A DNA stretch of 64,000 bases, from IMG/VR virus record IMGVR_UViG_3300037512_001285, positions 1 through 64,000 of that record. The stretch is one strand, 5' to 3'. This DNA is from an uncultured virus (IMG/VR IMGVR_UViG_3300037512_001285). Taxonomy: Duplodnaviria; Heunggongvirae; Uroviricota; Caudoviricetes. Positions 9,730 to 19,737 of the stretch are shown here, one piece after another. A model generated the notes under the pieces. It made no database searches, was not told the origin of the DNA, and saw only the letters and a program-made list of their open reading frames with translations. The first letter of the stretch is position 1. The number at the start of each line of letters is the position of its first letter. The translations under genes were made by a program, and so were the position numbers.

Positions 9730-10052
9730 AACAATTAACCGAAAGTCTATTTGATAAGGATCTTACAATAAAGAATCTCTCACCCGCAGAGATAGCTAAT
9801 TTATACAAAGGGTATAAACTTAACAAAACCGATGGTACTAAGGATTGTTTTGGAACACTATTAAAGAAGGGTGATTTGGTTTTAGTATATCGCAATGCCT
9901 CCGGAATGAGTATAGGAGTGTATAATGGATTGTATAAAGAAAATAGGGGGAGACTTTGCGAAATTTTAATTCCTGATAGTGATTTAACGAGATCTCATGC
10001 TTGTTATTGTGATAGTGTATTTAAATTAACTAATATACCAGAAATTAAATAA
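9726..10052 (+). CDS. Putative virion-internal protein (capsid-targeting-like leader + SLFD tag)
   Basis: MKQLTE|SLFDKDL. Confidence 0.65.
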   Translation: MKQLTESLFDKDLTIKNLSPAEIANLYKGYKLNKTDGTKDCFGTLLKKGDLVLVYRNASGMSIGVYNGLYKENRGRLCEILIPDSDLTRSHACYCDSVFKLTNIPEIK

Positions 10053-10062
10053 AGAGCAATAT

Positions 10063-10497
10063 ATGAAAACAATAGTAGAATACATCAACGAAGGCCTTCG
10101 TCTTGACGAAGCAAAGAATGTTAAGAAAGATGACCTTCTCAAAGAGCTTGAACAAATAGCTAAATGGAATAACGAGAATAATATTAAGAAGTTAATGATT
10201 TCTTATTCTCCCGAAGACTCCAAAGTTTTTGGTAAGTCCCACTGGAAGGCTTGCGAAGAAGCAGTTGCATGGGTAAGTGATATCCTTAGAACCTTTGTCG
10301 ATAATGAAGATGATAAGGTTATTGACTTGAGTGGTCTCAGTGATTGGGTTGCCGACACTATCGATAATGAAAGTTATGATAATGAACTTAATGAAATGGA
10401 TGATGACTCAGAATCATCTCCATGGGATACCGATGCAATAATCAATCTCTTTAATACAGTCTCAACAAAAGTATGTAAAGAAGTATGGCTGATCTAA
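10063..10497 (+). CDS. Putative virion-internal protein
   Basis: MKTIVEYINE resembles the T4 internal-protein leader MKTYQEFIAE. Confidence 0.65.
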   Translation: MKTIVEYINEGLRLDEAKNVKKDDLLKELEQIAKWNNENNIKKLMISYSPEDSKVFGKSHWKACEEAVAWVSDILRTFVDNEDDKVIDLSGLSDWVADTIDNESYDNELNEMDDDSESSPWDTDAIINLFNTVSTKVCKEVWLI

Positions 10498-10991
10498 AAA
10501 ACAAAATAGACATCAAAGATATAGACCTTGAACAGTTTGATGCTGTATTGGTGCTTGACGGTGAATCTATTAATGAAGCCGGGCTCGGTGATTTAATGGG
10601 TAATAGTGGTTCAGATACTCGTGCAAATTCAGCAATAATAACTCCACAAATAGACCGAGGTGCTTATAGTCAGTATCTCAATTATCAAGACCCAAAAATA
10701 TATGCGAGTTGGTCATTTGGCCGTCAGCTCCAAAATCAACTAAATGGCATGGGTGCTGGGTTTGCTGCAGAAGTCGCAGACTTTGGACGTTACGTGAGTG
10801 CAAAAGTAACGTATAGTAATCCACCAACTGGTAAGACCGCATCAAAAGTATTTCTTGTTGTGTTTGAACCCGATGGTAAAAAAGGAAATATCTTTCAGAC
10901 ATCTAATCGTTATCGCACCTTCTCTGGTGTGGGACAAGCCGCTTCTTATATTAAGAGTTGTGTGAGTTCGTTAAGAGATAAAACTAATTAA
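10485..10991 (+). CDS. Hypothetical protein
   Basis: 168-aa ORF in operon; internal ESINEA. Confidence 0.65.
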   Translation: MADLKNKIDIKDIDLEQFDAVLVLDGESINEAGLGDLMGNSGSDTRANSAIITPQIDRGAYSQYLNYQDPKIYASWSFGRQLQNQLNGMGAGFAAEVADFGRYVSAKVTYSNPPTGKTASKVFLVVFEPDGKKGNIFQTSNRYRTFSGVGQAASYIKSCVSSLRDKTN

Positions 10992-10997
10992 TTGATT

Positions 10998-12425
10998 ATG
11001 AAACATTTACCGCAATTTATATTAGAATCACTTTTCCTCGAAGCTAATATGGCAAAGGAAACCCTTATACAAGAAACTCTTACTTGTATGTTTTTTGATG
11101 CCTGGTTTAACATGGACGAACGATTTGATAACATTAACGAGATTGTAGAGTATTATAATGCTAATAAAGATCTTATAGAAAAAATTGCAAGTGGTGCTGG
11201 ATTGACCATTAATGATTATGATGCGTTGTTTTTGGACTTAAATACCAAAGGTAAAAGTTCAGCGAAGGCGAAGCAATGGCAGAATTCATTTATATATCAG
11301 TGTGAGTCGTTTGAGAATTGGATAAATTCTCATAAGTCTTTTGATACGGATCTTGTATTTGTTCATCACGACACATCTATCGCAGTACATAATGGAAAAA
11401 TAGAAAATGGTTGGGGAATCGCTGATAGAGTTGATATTGGAACGAAGAAATTTGGATATAAGGACAAAGACATATATCAGAAAGCAGACATATATGCTAT
11501 TGTAAATAAGATAGGAAACACTCCTGAAGATGATATCAGTGAAGAAGTATCATACTGGGTAAAGTCAATCAATGGAGAGACCTCAGATAAGTTTGTAGGA
11601 ATATCTCTTAAGAAACTTGGACGTGCTCTCGGACATGTACATACATACGGAATTGATCAATCGGTTATTAACATTGATCCGAAGTCAATCAATTTCAAAT
11701 TTGATATATTCAATAATGTAGAATTTGATCCGGCACAAGGAGTACTCAAACCGGGCATAGTAACTACTTCTGTATTCTTTGATTTCGATGATGGGCAAGA
11801 AAAGAAAGAATGTAAGATTGATATTAGAGCTAATAGTAAAGGTCCTAAACATGCTATGATAGACCCTCATGTTAGCTATGGGGCGGCTGTGACAGTTGAG
11901 ATGGCTATGAAGGGAGCAAAAGCACTTGCTGGTAAAGCACAGTCACTTATATCCGAGTGGATCGGTGAGAAGATGGAATCCGCCAAGACTAAAGGTTCTG
12001 CAGATTATAAATCCAAATTAAATTACATCAAGTCAATCTTCGCTTCTGAGGGTGTAGACTTTGATGTGACATTAGATGATGCAACAACAAAATTCCTTAA
12101 TTTCCTTTCTGCTAATAACGAGAAGATCATGGATATGTATAAGTCATTTGAGAAGAACGGAAAGAACCTTGAGTCAATACAACCTTATCTTGACGAACTA
12201 GGAATCAATATGGATGGTTCTATAAAGGATATAATGGATGTACTATATGCTTCTACAAAATGGCATAACGTCTCTTGGAAAATCCTTTGTGATGTTGAAG
12301 CAATTGCAACGTACACAAAACAACATGGAATTAACGAAGCAATAACCCAAATATATAAGACCTGTAAAGGTATATCCGGGAAGGATTCAAAACCACATCT
12401 TCCATATGTTTTGATTGGAGAGTAA
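10998..12425 (+). CDS. PD-(D/E)xK restriction-like nuclease with capsid-targeting-like leader
   Basis: MKHLPQFILE leader; QE...KADIY...GISLKK catalytic-like pattern. Confidence 0.55.
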   Translation: MKHLPQFILESLFLEANMAKETLIQETLTCMFFDAWFNMDERFDNINEIVEYYNANKDLIEKIASGAGLTINDYDALFLDLNTKGKSSAKAKQWQNSFIYQCESFENWINSHKSFDTDLVFVHHDTSIAVHNGKIENGWGIADRVDIGTKKFGYKDKDIYQKADIYAIVNKIGNTPEDDISEEVSYWVKSINGETSDKFVGISLKKLGRALGHVHTYGIDQSVINIDPKSINFKFDIFNNVEFDPAQGVLKPGIVTTSVFFDFDDGQEKKECKIDIRANSKGPKHAMIDPHVSYGAAVTVEMAMKGAKALAGKAQSLISEWIGEKMESAKTKGSADYKSKLNYIKSIFASEGVDFDVTLDDATTKFLNFLSANNEKIMDMYKSFEKNGKNLESIQPYLDELGINMDGSIKDIMDVLYASTKWHNVSWKILCDVEAIATYTKQHGINEAITQIYKTCKGISGKDSKPHLPYVLIGE

Positions 12426-12452
12426 AAAAAAGGAACCTTAGGGTTCCTTTTT
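12425..12452. terminator. Bidirectional intrinsic terminator
   Basis: A-tract, GGAACC-TTAG-GGTTCC, T-tract, between convergent genes. Confidence 0.85.
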
Positions 12453-13707
12453 ATTTAATATCTACGTGTACTGCTTTATCTCTTCCGTTATTCTTGATAG
12501 TTCCAGAAGGAATGATGTATTCCTTTTTAAGGAGTTCCAGGATATGGCCTGGTGTGGTAAATTCGTCCTTATGGAAGATTTCGAAATGAACATTGAAGTC
12601 TTTTGAGTGTTTGATATCCAGGGGTTGTTTGGAATCAATCTTTAAGTGCGTCCAGCCTTCGAGTCTGGGATAGACAAACCCATCATGACAGGCGTTGATC
12701 CAGTCAACTGACTTTTCAGTAAACTTACCGTCAAAAAAGAAGTCCCTCCAATGTTCCTTCATATCCCTAATAAACAACTCTCGATCTTCGTTGGATATAT
12801 ATTTTGAATATGTATTCATTTTTACTCCTGCAAACCATCGAATACAATCTTCATCACTGATTTTTCTCAATTTAAAATCATTGTATTTATCAATCATTCC
12901 ATACCCCAACATGTCTTCCCCCACAGCGTTAACATCGGACTGAACCTGACAACTAAGACGACCACCAGCAGCTTTCATTTCAAGATTGACACCGGACTTT
13001 GTACAAAGATCCCCGTGTTTCTCTTTAGACATATCCTTAATCTTCAATCTCATTAGGTACTCACCATTACCTATTGCAGTTGAGCCGGCCTGTCTAATAT
13101 TATAGAGCTTATAAAGAAGTTCGGCTGGAATACCTGGAAACATTTTTTGATAACTATCGATGCCTTTGTTATACTGCTGAATAAACTCTATGCCAGTCCA
13201 TCTTCTTTTACAAAATTCATCATAGTAATCCTTACCATAAAGAGACTCCACCTTTACAAACGAATCAATAAATGTAAGGGCAATATCCTCTGTAAATCCT
13301 TCTATAGGGCGAATAATGCCTTTTGGAGACATTCGTGAAATAGGAAAGAAGAAACGATAGTATTTATAAACATTTGGAATAACAGTTACATAAAGCCATC
13401 GATCCTTAATAAATTCTTTCAAATTCTTTTCGTATAAAGAGACTCTCTCACGAATACGAGTAATTGTATCGTGTTTTAATTTACTTTGATTATAAGCAAT
13501 TTTTGTATTGGTTTTGTGGCGATTTCGGACACGGATCTCTCCGAGGACTGCGTAGAGAGTAGGAAGATCATATGCATATTTGGGTCTTGACTTACACCAT
13601 TCGATACGTTTGAGAATGGAGGATTCGGTTTTGTAGCGATTACGAATGATTTCCTTCTTATGGGGTTTCAGTTCGTTAGCTCTACGTTCTTTTTCTTCTT
13701 GCGCCAT
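12451..13707 (-). CDS. Putative PD-(D/E)xK-family nuclease
   Basis: IGNGEY...GDL...LEMKAAGGRL motif. Confidence 0.5.
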   Translation of the reverse strand: MAQEEKERRANELKPHKKEIIRNRYKTESSILKRIEWCKSRPKYAYDLPTLYAVLGEIRVRNRHKTNTKIAYNQSKLKHDTITRIRERVSLYEKNLKEFIKDRWLYVTVIPNVYKYYRFFFPISRMSPKGIIRPIEGFTEDIALTFIDSFVKVESLYGKDYYDEFCKRRWTGIEFIQQYNKGIDSYQKMFPGIPAELLYKLYNIRQAGSTAIGNGEYLMRLKIKDMSKEKHGDLCTKSGVNLEMKAAGGRLSCQVQSDVNAVGEDMLGYGMIDKYNDFKLRKISDEDCIRWFAGVKMNTYSKYISNEDRELFIRDMKEHWRDFFFDGKFTEKSVDWINACHDGFVYPRLEGWTHLKIDSKQPLDIKHSKDFNVHFEIFHKDEFTTPGHILELLKKEYIIPSGTIKNNGRDKAVHVDIK

Positions 13708-13710
13708 AAC

Positions 13711-14115
13711 TTAAATCAAATTTTCAAGACAATACTTTATTGCTGCTTCACAAGCTTCTTCATAGGTTTCAAGTTCCACCGTATCATAAATAGGAACTAT
13801 AGGTATATCTTTTTTTCCTATGTTAATAACATCAAAATCATACCATATTCTTCTTCCGTCATAGTCTCCAACCATTATTTCTATAAACAAGTTATGTACC
13901 TCCCTCAACCACTTCATTGCTATTTGGAGGGTCACTAAAGGACACTTCTCTTCACAATCAATAGAAGCCTCAATAGCCATATCTTTTGAAGGGAATGTTT
14001 CATACTTGTTATAATGTCTGCCACTCTTGCCAAGTAGCATACCATTACTATTCTTAAACCCCTTTTCTTTTAGGAGTTTAGCAATTTCAAAACTAACGTA
14101 GTCTTCTGTAATCAT
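13711..14115 (-). CDS. Hypothetical protein (MITEDYVS family)
   Basis: Paralog of 14297-14695. Confidence 0.8.
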   Translation of the reverse strand: MITEDYVSFEIAKLLKEKGFKNSNGMLLGKSGRHYNKYETFPSKDMAIEASIDCEEKCPLVTLQIAMKWLREVHNLFIEIMVGDYDGRRIWYDFDVINIGKKDIPIVPIYDTVELETYEEACEAAIKYCLENLI

Positions 14116-14296
14116 ATTTATTTTTCCACATCAAGCAAAAAATGAATTAAAACTGTCAACGGCCAGAAAGCAATCAATACGCCATCAGAAAGCGACTCCA
14201 AAAAATCATCAGTGTCATATAATACGCCAATCTTATCACATATCAGTGTTCCCAATAATGAATAAACTAAAAATATTAATATTATCTGAATCATAT

Positions 14297-14695
14297 CTAA
14301 ATCAAATTTTCAAGACAATACTTTATCGCAGATTCACAAGCGTCTTCGTAAGAATCTTCTACGTATGTAGAAGCCTTGCATCCATAGTTCTTTTGATAAA
14401 CAGACCACTCAAAAACCTTTCCTGTCATGTCTTCTGTAATTCGTATAAACAAGCCATATACTTCCCTCAACCATTTCATTGCCATTTGAAGAGTTGGTAT
14501 ATAGAAAAGAAGCTTGTATCTTGGATTAGATTTATTTTTGTCATCATATTGTACTGTTCTATATGTCCTGTCTCCAGAAGGGTCACCACCCCAGTAAGAA
14601 GTAGATTCTGCATACCATACGGTACATGGGCTATCAAACCCCTTTTCTTTTAGGAGTTTGGCTGTTTCAAGACTAACGTAATCTTCTGTAATCAT
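14297..14695 (-). CDS. Hypothetical protein (MITEDYVS family)
   Basis: Shared MITEDYVS.E.AKLLKEKGF, AMKWLREV, AIKYCLENLI. Confidence 0.8.
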   Translation of the reverse strand: MITEDYVSLETAKLLKEKGFDSPCTVWYAESTSYWGGDPSGDRTYRTVQYDDKNKSNPRYKLLFYIPTLQMAMKWLREVYGLFIRITEDMTGKVFEWSVYQKNYGCKASTYVEDSYEDACESAIKYCLENLI

Positions 14696-14870
14696 AATTA
14701 ATAAGAGGTGTCTTTACAAATTGATTCCCCGCAAAGTTTGATTTCCACAGTAATATTGTGTTCATCAGGTTCCATCCAAGTATCATAATAACCAACATCG
14801 TGTTCTGGATGCCGAACTTCGACTGTTAAATTCTCTTTTAGAAATTGTATTAGTTCTTCCTTATTCATAT

Positions 14871-15137
14871 CTATTCCTCCTTTCTCGTATCAAGAACTTG
14901 GTCAATATAAGTTCGTGCGTAAAACCGGATATCATCTTTCCATACTTGGCGACGCATTTTTATAAGTTGTCCATCTTTGTAGAAAAAGAATGTCAATCCT
15001 TTCCCCAGACCAGATAACATAATAACATCGTATCCTTTATAGGACATTGTTTGTAGATGTTGTGGATTATGTCGTTGTTTCAAATATTCAAATTTCTCGC
15101 TGTAAGAATATCTTGCATTCCTTTCGAATTCGGTCAT
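14871..15137 (-). CDS. Hypothetical protein
   Basis: ORF in tight operon. Confidence 0.65.
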   Translation of the reverse strand: MTEFERNARYSYSEKFEYLKQRHNPQHLQTMSYKGYDVIMLSGLGKGLTFFFYKDGQLIKMRRQVWKDDIRFYARTYIDQVLDTRKEE

Positions 15138-15140
15138 ATT

Positions 15141-15410
15141 CTACCTCTCATTTCTTGCGTTAACCCCAAGTTCGTAGAAGTGGCGAAGCATTTTATTGCA
15201 CTCACACCAAGTCCATTTCCCATTTTTACAGGAATCTTCATCACCTATCCAATTAAGAATCTCTTTCTCCAAATCCACCTCCGGCTGCTCCTGCTGGAGA
15301 GAGGTGATGAAATTATACAAATCATCCATAGCCAACTTTAATTGCCAGCTTGGATATTTATCTTTCAGTCTTTCTATCTCGGCAATCAGCTTTTCTGTGT
15401 CAATGTACAT
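15141..15410 (-). CDS. Hypothetical protein
   Basis: IDTEKLIAEIERL, QQEQPEVDLEKEI, recalled from Bacteroidales phage proteins. Confidence 0.7.
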   Translation of the reverse strand: MYIDTEKLIAEIERLKDKYPSWQLKLAMDDLYNFITSLQQEQPEVDLEKEILNWIGDEDSCKNGKWTWCECNKMLRHFYELGVNARNER

Positions 15411-15495
15411 AGACTATAATTTTTTCAATTGTTTATATATAACAAATTATTAAAAAACATTTAACTATTTTATATGAAATCATAATTATATTAAC

Positions 15496-17349
15496 ATGAG
15501 TTCATTCAATCCAATAAAAGAAGATAAAGAAGGAGTAATCGCAAAACGAACTATATGGTCTACCCAGTCGGTTAATATGGCACTTCGTGGCCTAGAACAA
15601 GGACGTAAGTTGGTCGCTAATCCGTTCTACGAGAACAACACAAAAATTCTCAAAGGGGACTTGGTGTTTGAGAGAACTCCTGAGGAGATTGCCGAATGGA
15701 AGCATTGTGCAAACGACATCATATATTTTGTAGAGAAGTATTGTAAGTTGATGACTCCAGAGGGAATTCAAAATATCGTCTTACGAGATTATCAAGAAGC
15801 ATACTTGCGTCACCTAGAGAAACATAGGTTATCTGTGATGCTCTCTGCACGACAGGCTGGTAAGACAACGACATCTGCACTGTTTATGTTGCATTATATA
15901 TGTTTCAACTTTGATAAGAATGCACTCGTGTTGGGTAACAAAAGGAAGACCGCAATTGAAATACTTGACAAGGCGAAAAAGATATTTATCGAACTCCCGT
16001 ACTTCTTGAGACCCGGTGTATATAAATGGAACGAAGCTGAGATCGTTCTAGATAACGGATGTAGACTGATGGCGGAAGCAACCACGATCAACTCGGGTAT
16101 TTCATTCACGTTCCACTGCGTCCTCGCAGACGAGTTTGGGCACATTGCTCCAAACATCTTGGATAAGTTCTACGAAAACCTATTTCCTACTATCACTGCT
16201 GCAAAGGCACGATTTATGATTACCTCCACACAGAACGGATATAATCTCTTTTATCGTATATATAAAGCAGCTGAAGCTGGGGAGAATGAATATGCTGCGT
16301 TTAAGGTTGACTGGGATCAGATACCTGAATGGAACCCCGATAAGCGTTGCTGGGAACCGAGAACCGAAGAGTGGCACCGGATGCAGATAGCAAACTACGG
16401 CTCTGAAGAAGCCTTCAATCGTCAGTTCGGTACGGACTTTGATGTGGATGCTAACACATTGATTAATAAGAAGATACTAAAGACCTGTCAACACGATTGT
16501 CAAGAATTCATTAATAAAGACATTCCCGGAGTGTCACTAGCCAATCATTATTATTGGAGTCCTGACTACGACCCAGTATCACAGCTCAGAAAAGATTATA
16601 TTATCGCACTCGGAGACCTGGCGGAAGGAGTAGAGAAAGACTATACGCATTTTAATATATGTAGGCTTATTGAACCTGACTCCGATAAACTTGAATGTGT
16701 GGGGTACTACAGGTCAAATAACGTAGATCGAAAGGATATTGCGAAGTCTCTTATGGAACTCTGTTCGATTCAATGTGACCAGAACCACACTCTTCTTTCA
16801 TTCGAGAGAAACACCTACGGAGAACTCTTCCTTAAACACATAGAGGACTTCGAAGAGAAAAACACCATTCCTGGATTTGATAAGAGTGTGTTGGTTAAGT
16901 TCTTTAATGATAGTGGAACGAGATTTGAATATGGTGTTAGGATTACTCGCGGAAACAAATCCAATATGTGTATTCTCTTTAAGGAGGATTTTGAGAAGGG
17001 GCGAGTTATAAACAAATCAACAATCTTCTGTTCCGAGCTTTTGAACTTCTCCGATCCCGAAGAGAAAGGTGTTTGGAAAGCTGCGTTTGGTCATGACGAT
17101 GCTGTGATGTCTATGATTCAATATGAAGCGGTAAAGAAGACCCTTCAGTTTACACTCCTCAAACAGGAATTCGATTCAATGGCCGGGCAAACCGATACAA
17201 GTTATAATCCATATTCTAATATATATGATACATTGACTCCTACCTCAGATGATATTTATGGGAGATTTTTAGAATCGGGGTGTAAAACGTTTGCTGAGTT
17301 TGAATCAAAGGAATCAGAGAGACGATTAGGTGGATGTAGATTGATGTAA
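15496..17349 (+). CDS. terL: Terminase large subunit (T4 gp17-like)
   Basis: LRDYQ, Walker A RQAGKT, Walker B VLADEF, ITST.NG, nuclease GDLAEG...HDD. Confidence 0.95.
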   Translation: MSSFNPIKEDKEGVIAKRTIWSTQSVNMALRGLEQGRKLVANPFYENNTKILKGDLVFERTPEEIAEWKHCANDIIYFVEKYCKLMTPEGIQNIVLRDYQEAYLRHLEKHRLSVMLSARQAGKTTTSALFMLHYICFNFDKNALVLGNKRKTAIEILDKAKKIFIELPYFLRPGVYKWNEAEIVLDNGCRLMAEATTINSGISFTFHCVLADEFGHIAPNILDKFYENLFPTITAAKARFMITSTQNGYNLFYRIYKAAEAGENEYAAFKVDWDQIPEWNPDKRCWEPRTEEWHRMQIANYGSEEAFNRQFGTDFDVDANTLINKKILKTCQHDCQEFINKDIPGVSLANHYYWSPDYDPVSQLRKDYIIALGDLAEGVEKDYTHFNICRLIEPDSDKLECVGYYRSNNVDRKDIAKSLMELCSIQCDQNHTLLSFERNTYGELFLKHIEDFEEKNTIPGFDKSVLVKFFNDSGTRFEYGVRITRGNKSNMCILFKEDFEKGRVINKSTIFCSELLNFSDPEEKGVWKAAFGHDDAVMSMIQYEAVKKTLQFTLLKQEFDSMAGQTDTSYNPYSNIYDTLTPTSDDIYGRFLESGCKTFAEFESKESERRLGGCRLM

Positions 17350-17378
17350 AAAAAAAAGAACCCCGAAGGGTTCTTTTT
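17349..17378. terminator. Bidirectional intrinsic terminator
   Basis: A-tract, GAACCC-CGAA-GGGTTC, T-tract. Confidence 0.85.
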
Positions 17379-18124
17379 TAGTCCTGATAAGGAACCGGAT
17401 CTTTCAATCCGTTCTTCTCAAATGCTTCTAGTCGTTCTGTACAACTACCACACTTCCCACAGCTCCTACCTTCAGGGTCCGGATCATAGCATGTGTGGGT
17501 ATTGGAAAGGAACTCATCACGGTCCTCATCATTCCATCCAAGAGTCTTCATCGCCTTCAACCCCTCTGCAAGAACTTCCGCTTTATCAATATCAACAAAC
17601 GGTGCTTCGTAAGCTACTTTGTCTGCGTTCCAATCAGAAATCCTAAATGCCTTCTCACATGCCTCACGAGATTCAGGACGACAGTCGGGATAGATAGTAT
17701 GGTCTCCGGCATGGATACCAAGACTGATGATGACATTCTCTCCACTCTCTACTGCCCAGTTGATCGCTTTACTAAATACAACTGCACTAAAGAGTACATT
17801 CCTAAGGGGAACTACTGTACTCTTCATATTCTCTGCAGCATAGTGTCCGTGAGGAATATCCTTTCCAGTACTCGCTACAAGTGAACTGGTATTTCCAGAG
17901 AATACATCAACCATATTAATAATCTGATGACTGACCGGAAGACCCTTTGCTCGTAAGAACGCGATGTTTTTGGTAATCTTCTCAAGTTCAATCCTATGTT
18001 TCTGACCGTAGTCAAAACTATAACATCTTACTTCCTTGCCTTCTGCAAGGAGCTTTAGTAAAAGCATGCTGCTATCCAATCCGCCGGAGCAGCTAAGAAC
18101 GGCCTTCTTTGCAAAATTACTCAT
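17378..18124 (-). CDS. queC: 7-cyano-7-deazaguanine synthase
   Basis: SGGLDS, FDYGQKH, VPLRN, YPDCR, TCY...CGKCGSC. Confidence 0.95.
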   Translation of the reverse strand: MSNFAKKAVLSCSGGLDSSMLLLKLLAEGKEVRCYSFDYGQKHRIELEKITKNIAFLRAKGLPVSHQIINMVDVFSGNTSSLVASTGKDIPHGHYAAENMKSTVVPLRNVLFSAVVFSKAINWAVESGENVIISLGIHAGDHTIYPDCRPESREACEKAFRISDWNADKVAYEAPFVDIDKAEVLAEGLKAMKTLGWNDEDRDEFLSNTHTCYDPDPEGRSCGKCGSCTERLEAFEKNGLKDPVPYQD

Positions 18125-18671
18125 ATCTTAAATCTCCATAATTTTTCATTATATCCTCAACAATTGCCACTCTTTCCTCAACAGTTCCTCTCAACTCAAT
18201 GTAATCAACGCCCATTCCATCAAGCAGGTCTTTAATGTTCTTATCGATTGCTTTCCTGAAATCTTCATCCATTGAACGGAAACCATCATACTCCACATCA
18301 AACTCAATAGGAACATAGAAATAAACAGTATCGTTTCCATACTTCTCTTGGAACTCCACGAGTCTCTCTATCTGGTCATCCAAGAACTTCTCTCCTTCCT
18401 CTCCCTTGTCCTGCATGTTATAACAAGTATATGCAATAACATCTGTCAATCCACGATCAGAAATGAATGGAATTTCCTCTTTACTCAACACCTGTTCATA
18501 AGTGTCAAAGATCCTTGTCTGTCCCCTCATGTTTCCTTGTTCGTTGACCGGGATCTGTTCGTCCTTTGCAAGATTCCTAACCACTTCAGTTACAATGTTT
18601 ATCTTCCCTTCAAAATGTTTTAATATAGAAGTTTTTCCCACACCTTGTGCTCCTGTTAATATATACCTCAT
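18117..18671 (-). CDS. P-loop nucleotide/nucleoside kinase-like protein (AAA_28/NadR-like)
   Basis: GAQGVGKT, SDRG..D, DGFR. Confidence 0.75.
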   Translation of the reverse strand: MRYILTGAQGVGKTSILKHFEGKINIVTEVVRNLAKDEQIPVNEQGNMRGQTRIFDTYEQVLSKEEIPFISDRGLTDVIAYTCYNMQDKGEEGEKFLDDQIERLVEFQEKYGNDTVYFYVPIEFDVEYDGFRSMDEDFRKAIDKNIKDLLDGMGVDYIELRGTVEERVAIVEDIMKNYGDLRYE

Positions 18672-18696
18672 AATTAATTAGTTATAAAATTTAACA

Positions 18697-19737
18697 TTAA
18701 TCTTTTACAGTATTAATATATTGTTTTATCTTATTAAATTTATCCCTTAACTCCTCCGGAATCATCCCTTCAGTCATCGTTTCGATATTGTATCCTTCAA
18801 ACTTCTTAATGTCTACTGTTGTGTTCTCGTTCTCGTCCGGTTGAGGAATCCTCCATATATTCTTAAACTTCTTTGTCCACTGTGAGTAAGCATCCGCGTA
18901 TTTCTTTTGAGCCACCTTAGACCTATCTATATATATCTCTATATAGTCATCCTTCTTAACAGACTTCGGAATCTCAAATATCTCGTCATTATAGAATCTC
19001 CAGAATCGGATACTCTTGGTGTTTGGAATAAACTTTAGTTCACCACCATCCTCGTATTCGTAGAATCCCCTTTCGGAGTTGTTATCAGTAAATGTCAATG
19101 CAAATACACTGCCGAGATTCTTGATATTGTCTTTAAAGTATGGGGTATGAATATGTCCTGAGATAATATTCTGACATTCTATATCCGTTTTTTCACGAAC
19201 CAAGTCAGCATGTGTAAAGATGTGTGTGATGTCGGCGTCGGGGGAGCGATCCGGATCATTTCTAAAGTTTTCTAAATATTCCACCAGATCGTCATGTTTG
19301 ATCCACTCATACCATGGAACATACAAGCATACTTCATTCCCCCAAGTATCTCCTTGTTTAGATCGGGATATTATGTTAAAAATAGAAGGATATTTTAATT
19401 GTAATTGTTGAAACATTAGTGTTACCGTATCCACGTCTTCTATCCGTTCCCCGTAGTAATCATGATTTCCAGAAACTATGATAAACTTATCTACTATCTC
19501 ACATATCTGTAAAAATAGATCCACCACTGTTGTTGCTATATAAGTATTAATTGTTGAACGACTGTCAAACACATCCCCACAATGAATGAGACGAACCATA
19601 TATCCATCTTTCTTTCTCTTTTTAAGATGCGGAATGAGTTGTTTGTCAAAAAACTCCTTTTGAGACTTCAACCACGTCATACTACAATTATGTGTCCCAA
19701 AATGAGTATCTGTTATAAGAACTGTTATATACTTCAT
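18697..19737 (-). CDS. Recombination nuclease subunit (T4 gp47/SbcD/Mre11-like)
   Basis: DTHFG, GDVFD, GNHD, SGHIH, LGS..ALTF.D. Confidence 0.85.
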   Translation of the reverse strand: MKYITVLITDTHFGTHNCSMTWLKSQKEFFDKQLIPHLKKRKKDGYMVRLIHCGDVFDSRSTINTYIATTVVDLFLQICEIVDKFIIVSGNHDYYGERIEDVDTVTLMFQQLQLKYPSIFNIISRSKQGDTWGNEVCLYVPWYEWIKHDDLVEYLENFRNDPDRSPDADITHIFTHADLVREKTDIECQNIISGHIHTPYFKDNIKNLGSVFALTFTDNNSERGFYEYEDGGELKFIPNTKSIRFWRFYNDEIFEIPKSVKKDDYIEIYIDRSKVAQKKYADAYSQWTKKFKNIWRIPQPDENENTTVDIKKFEGYNIETMTEGMIPEELRDKFNKIKQYINTVKD

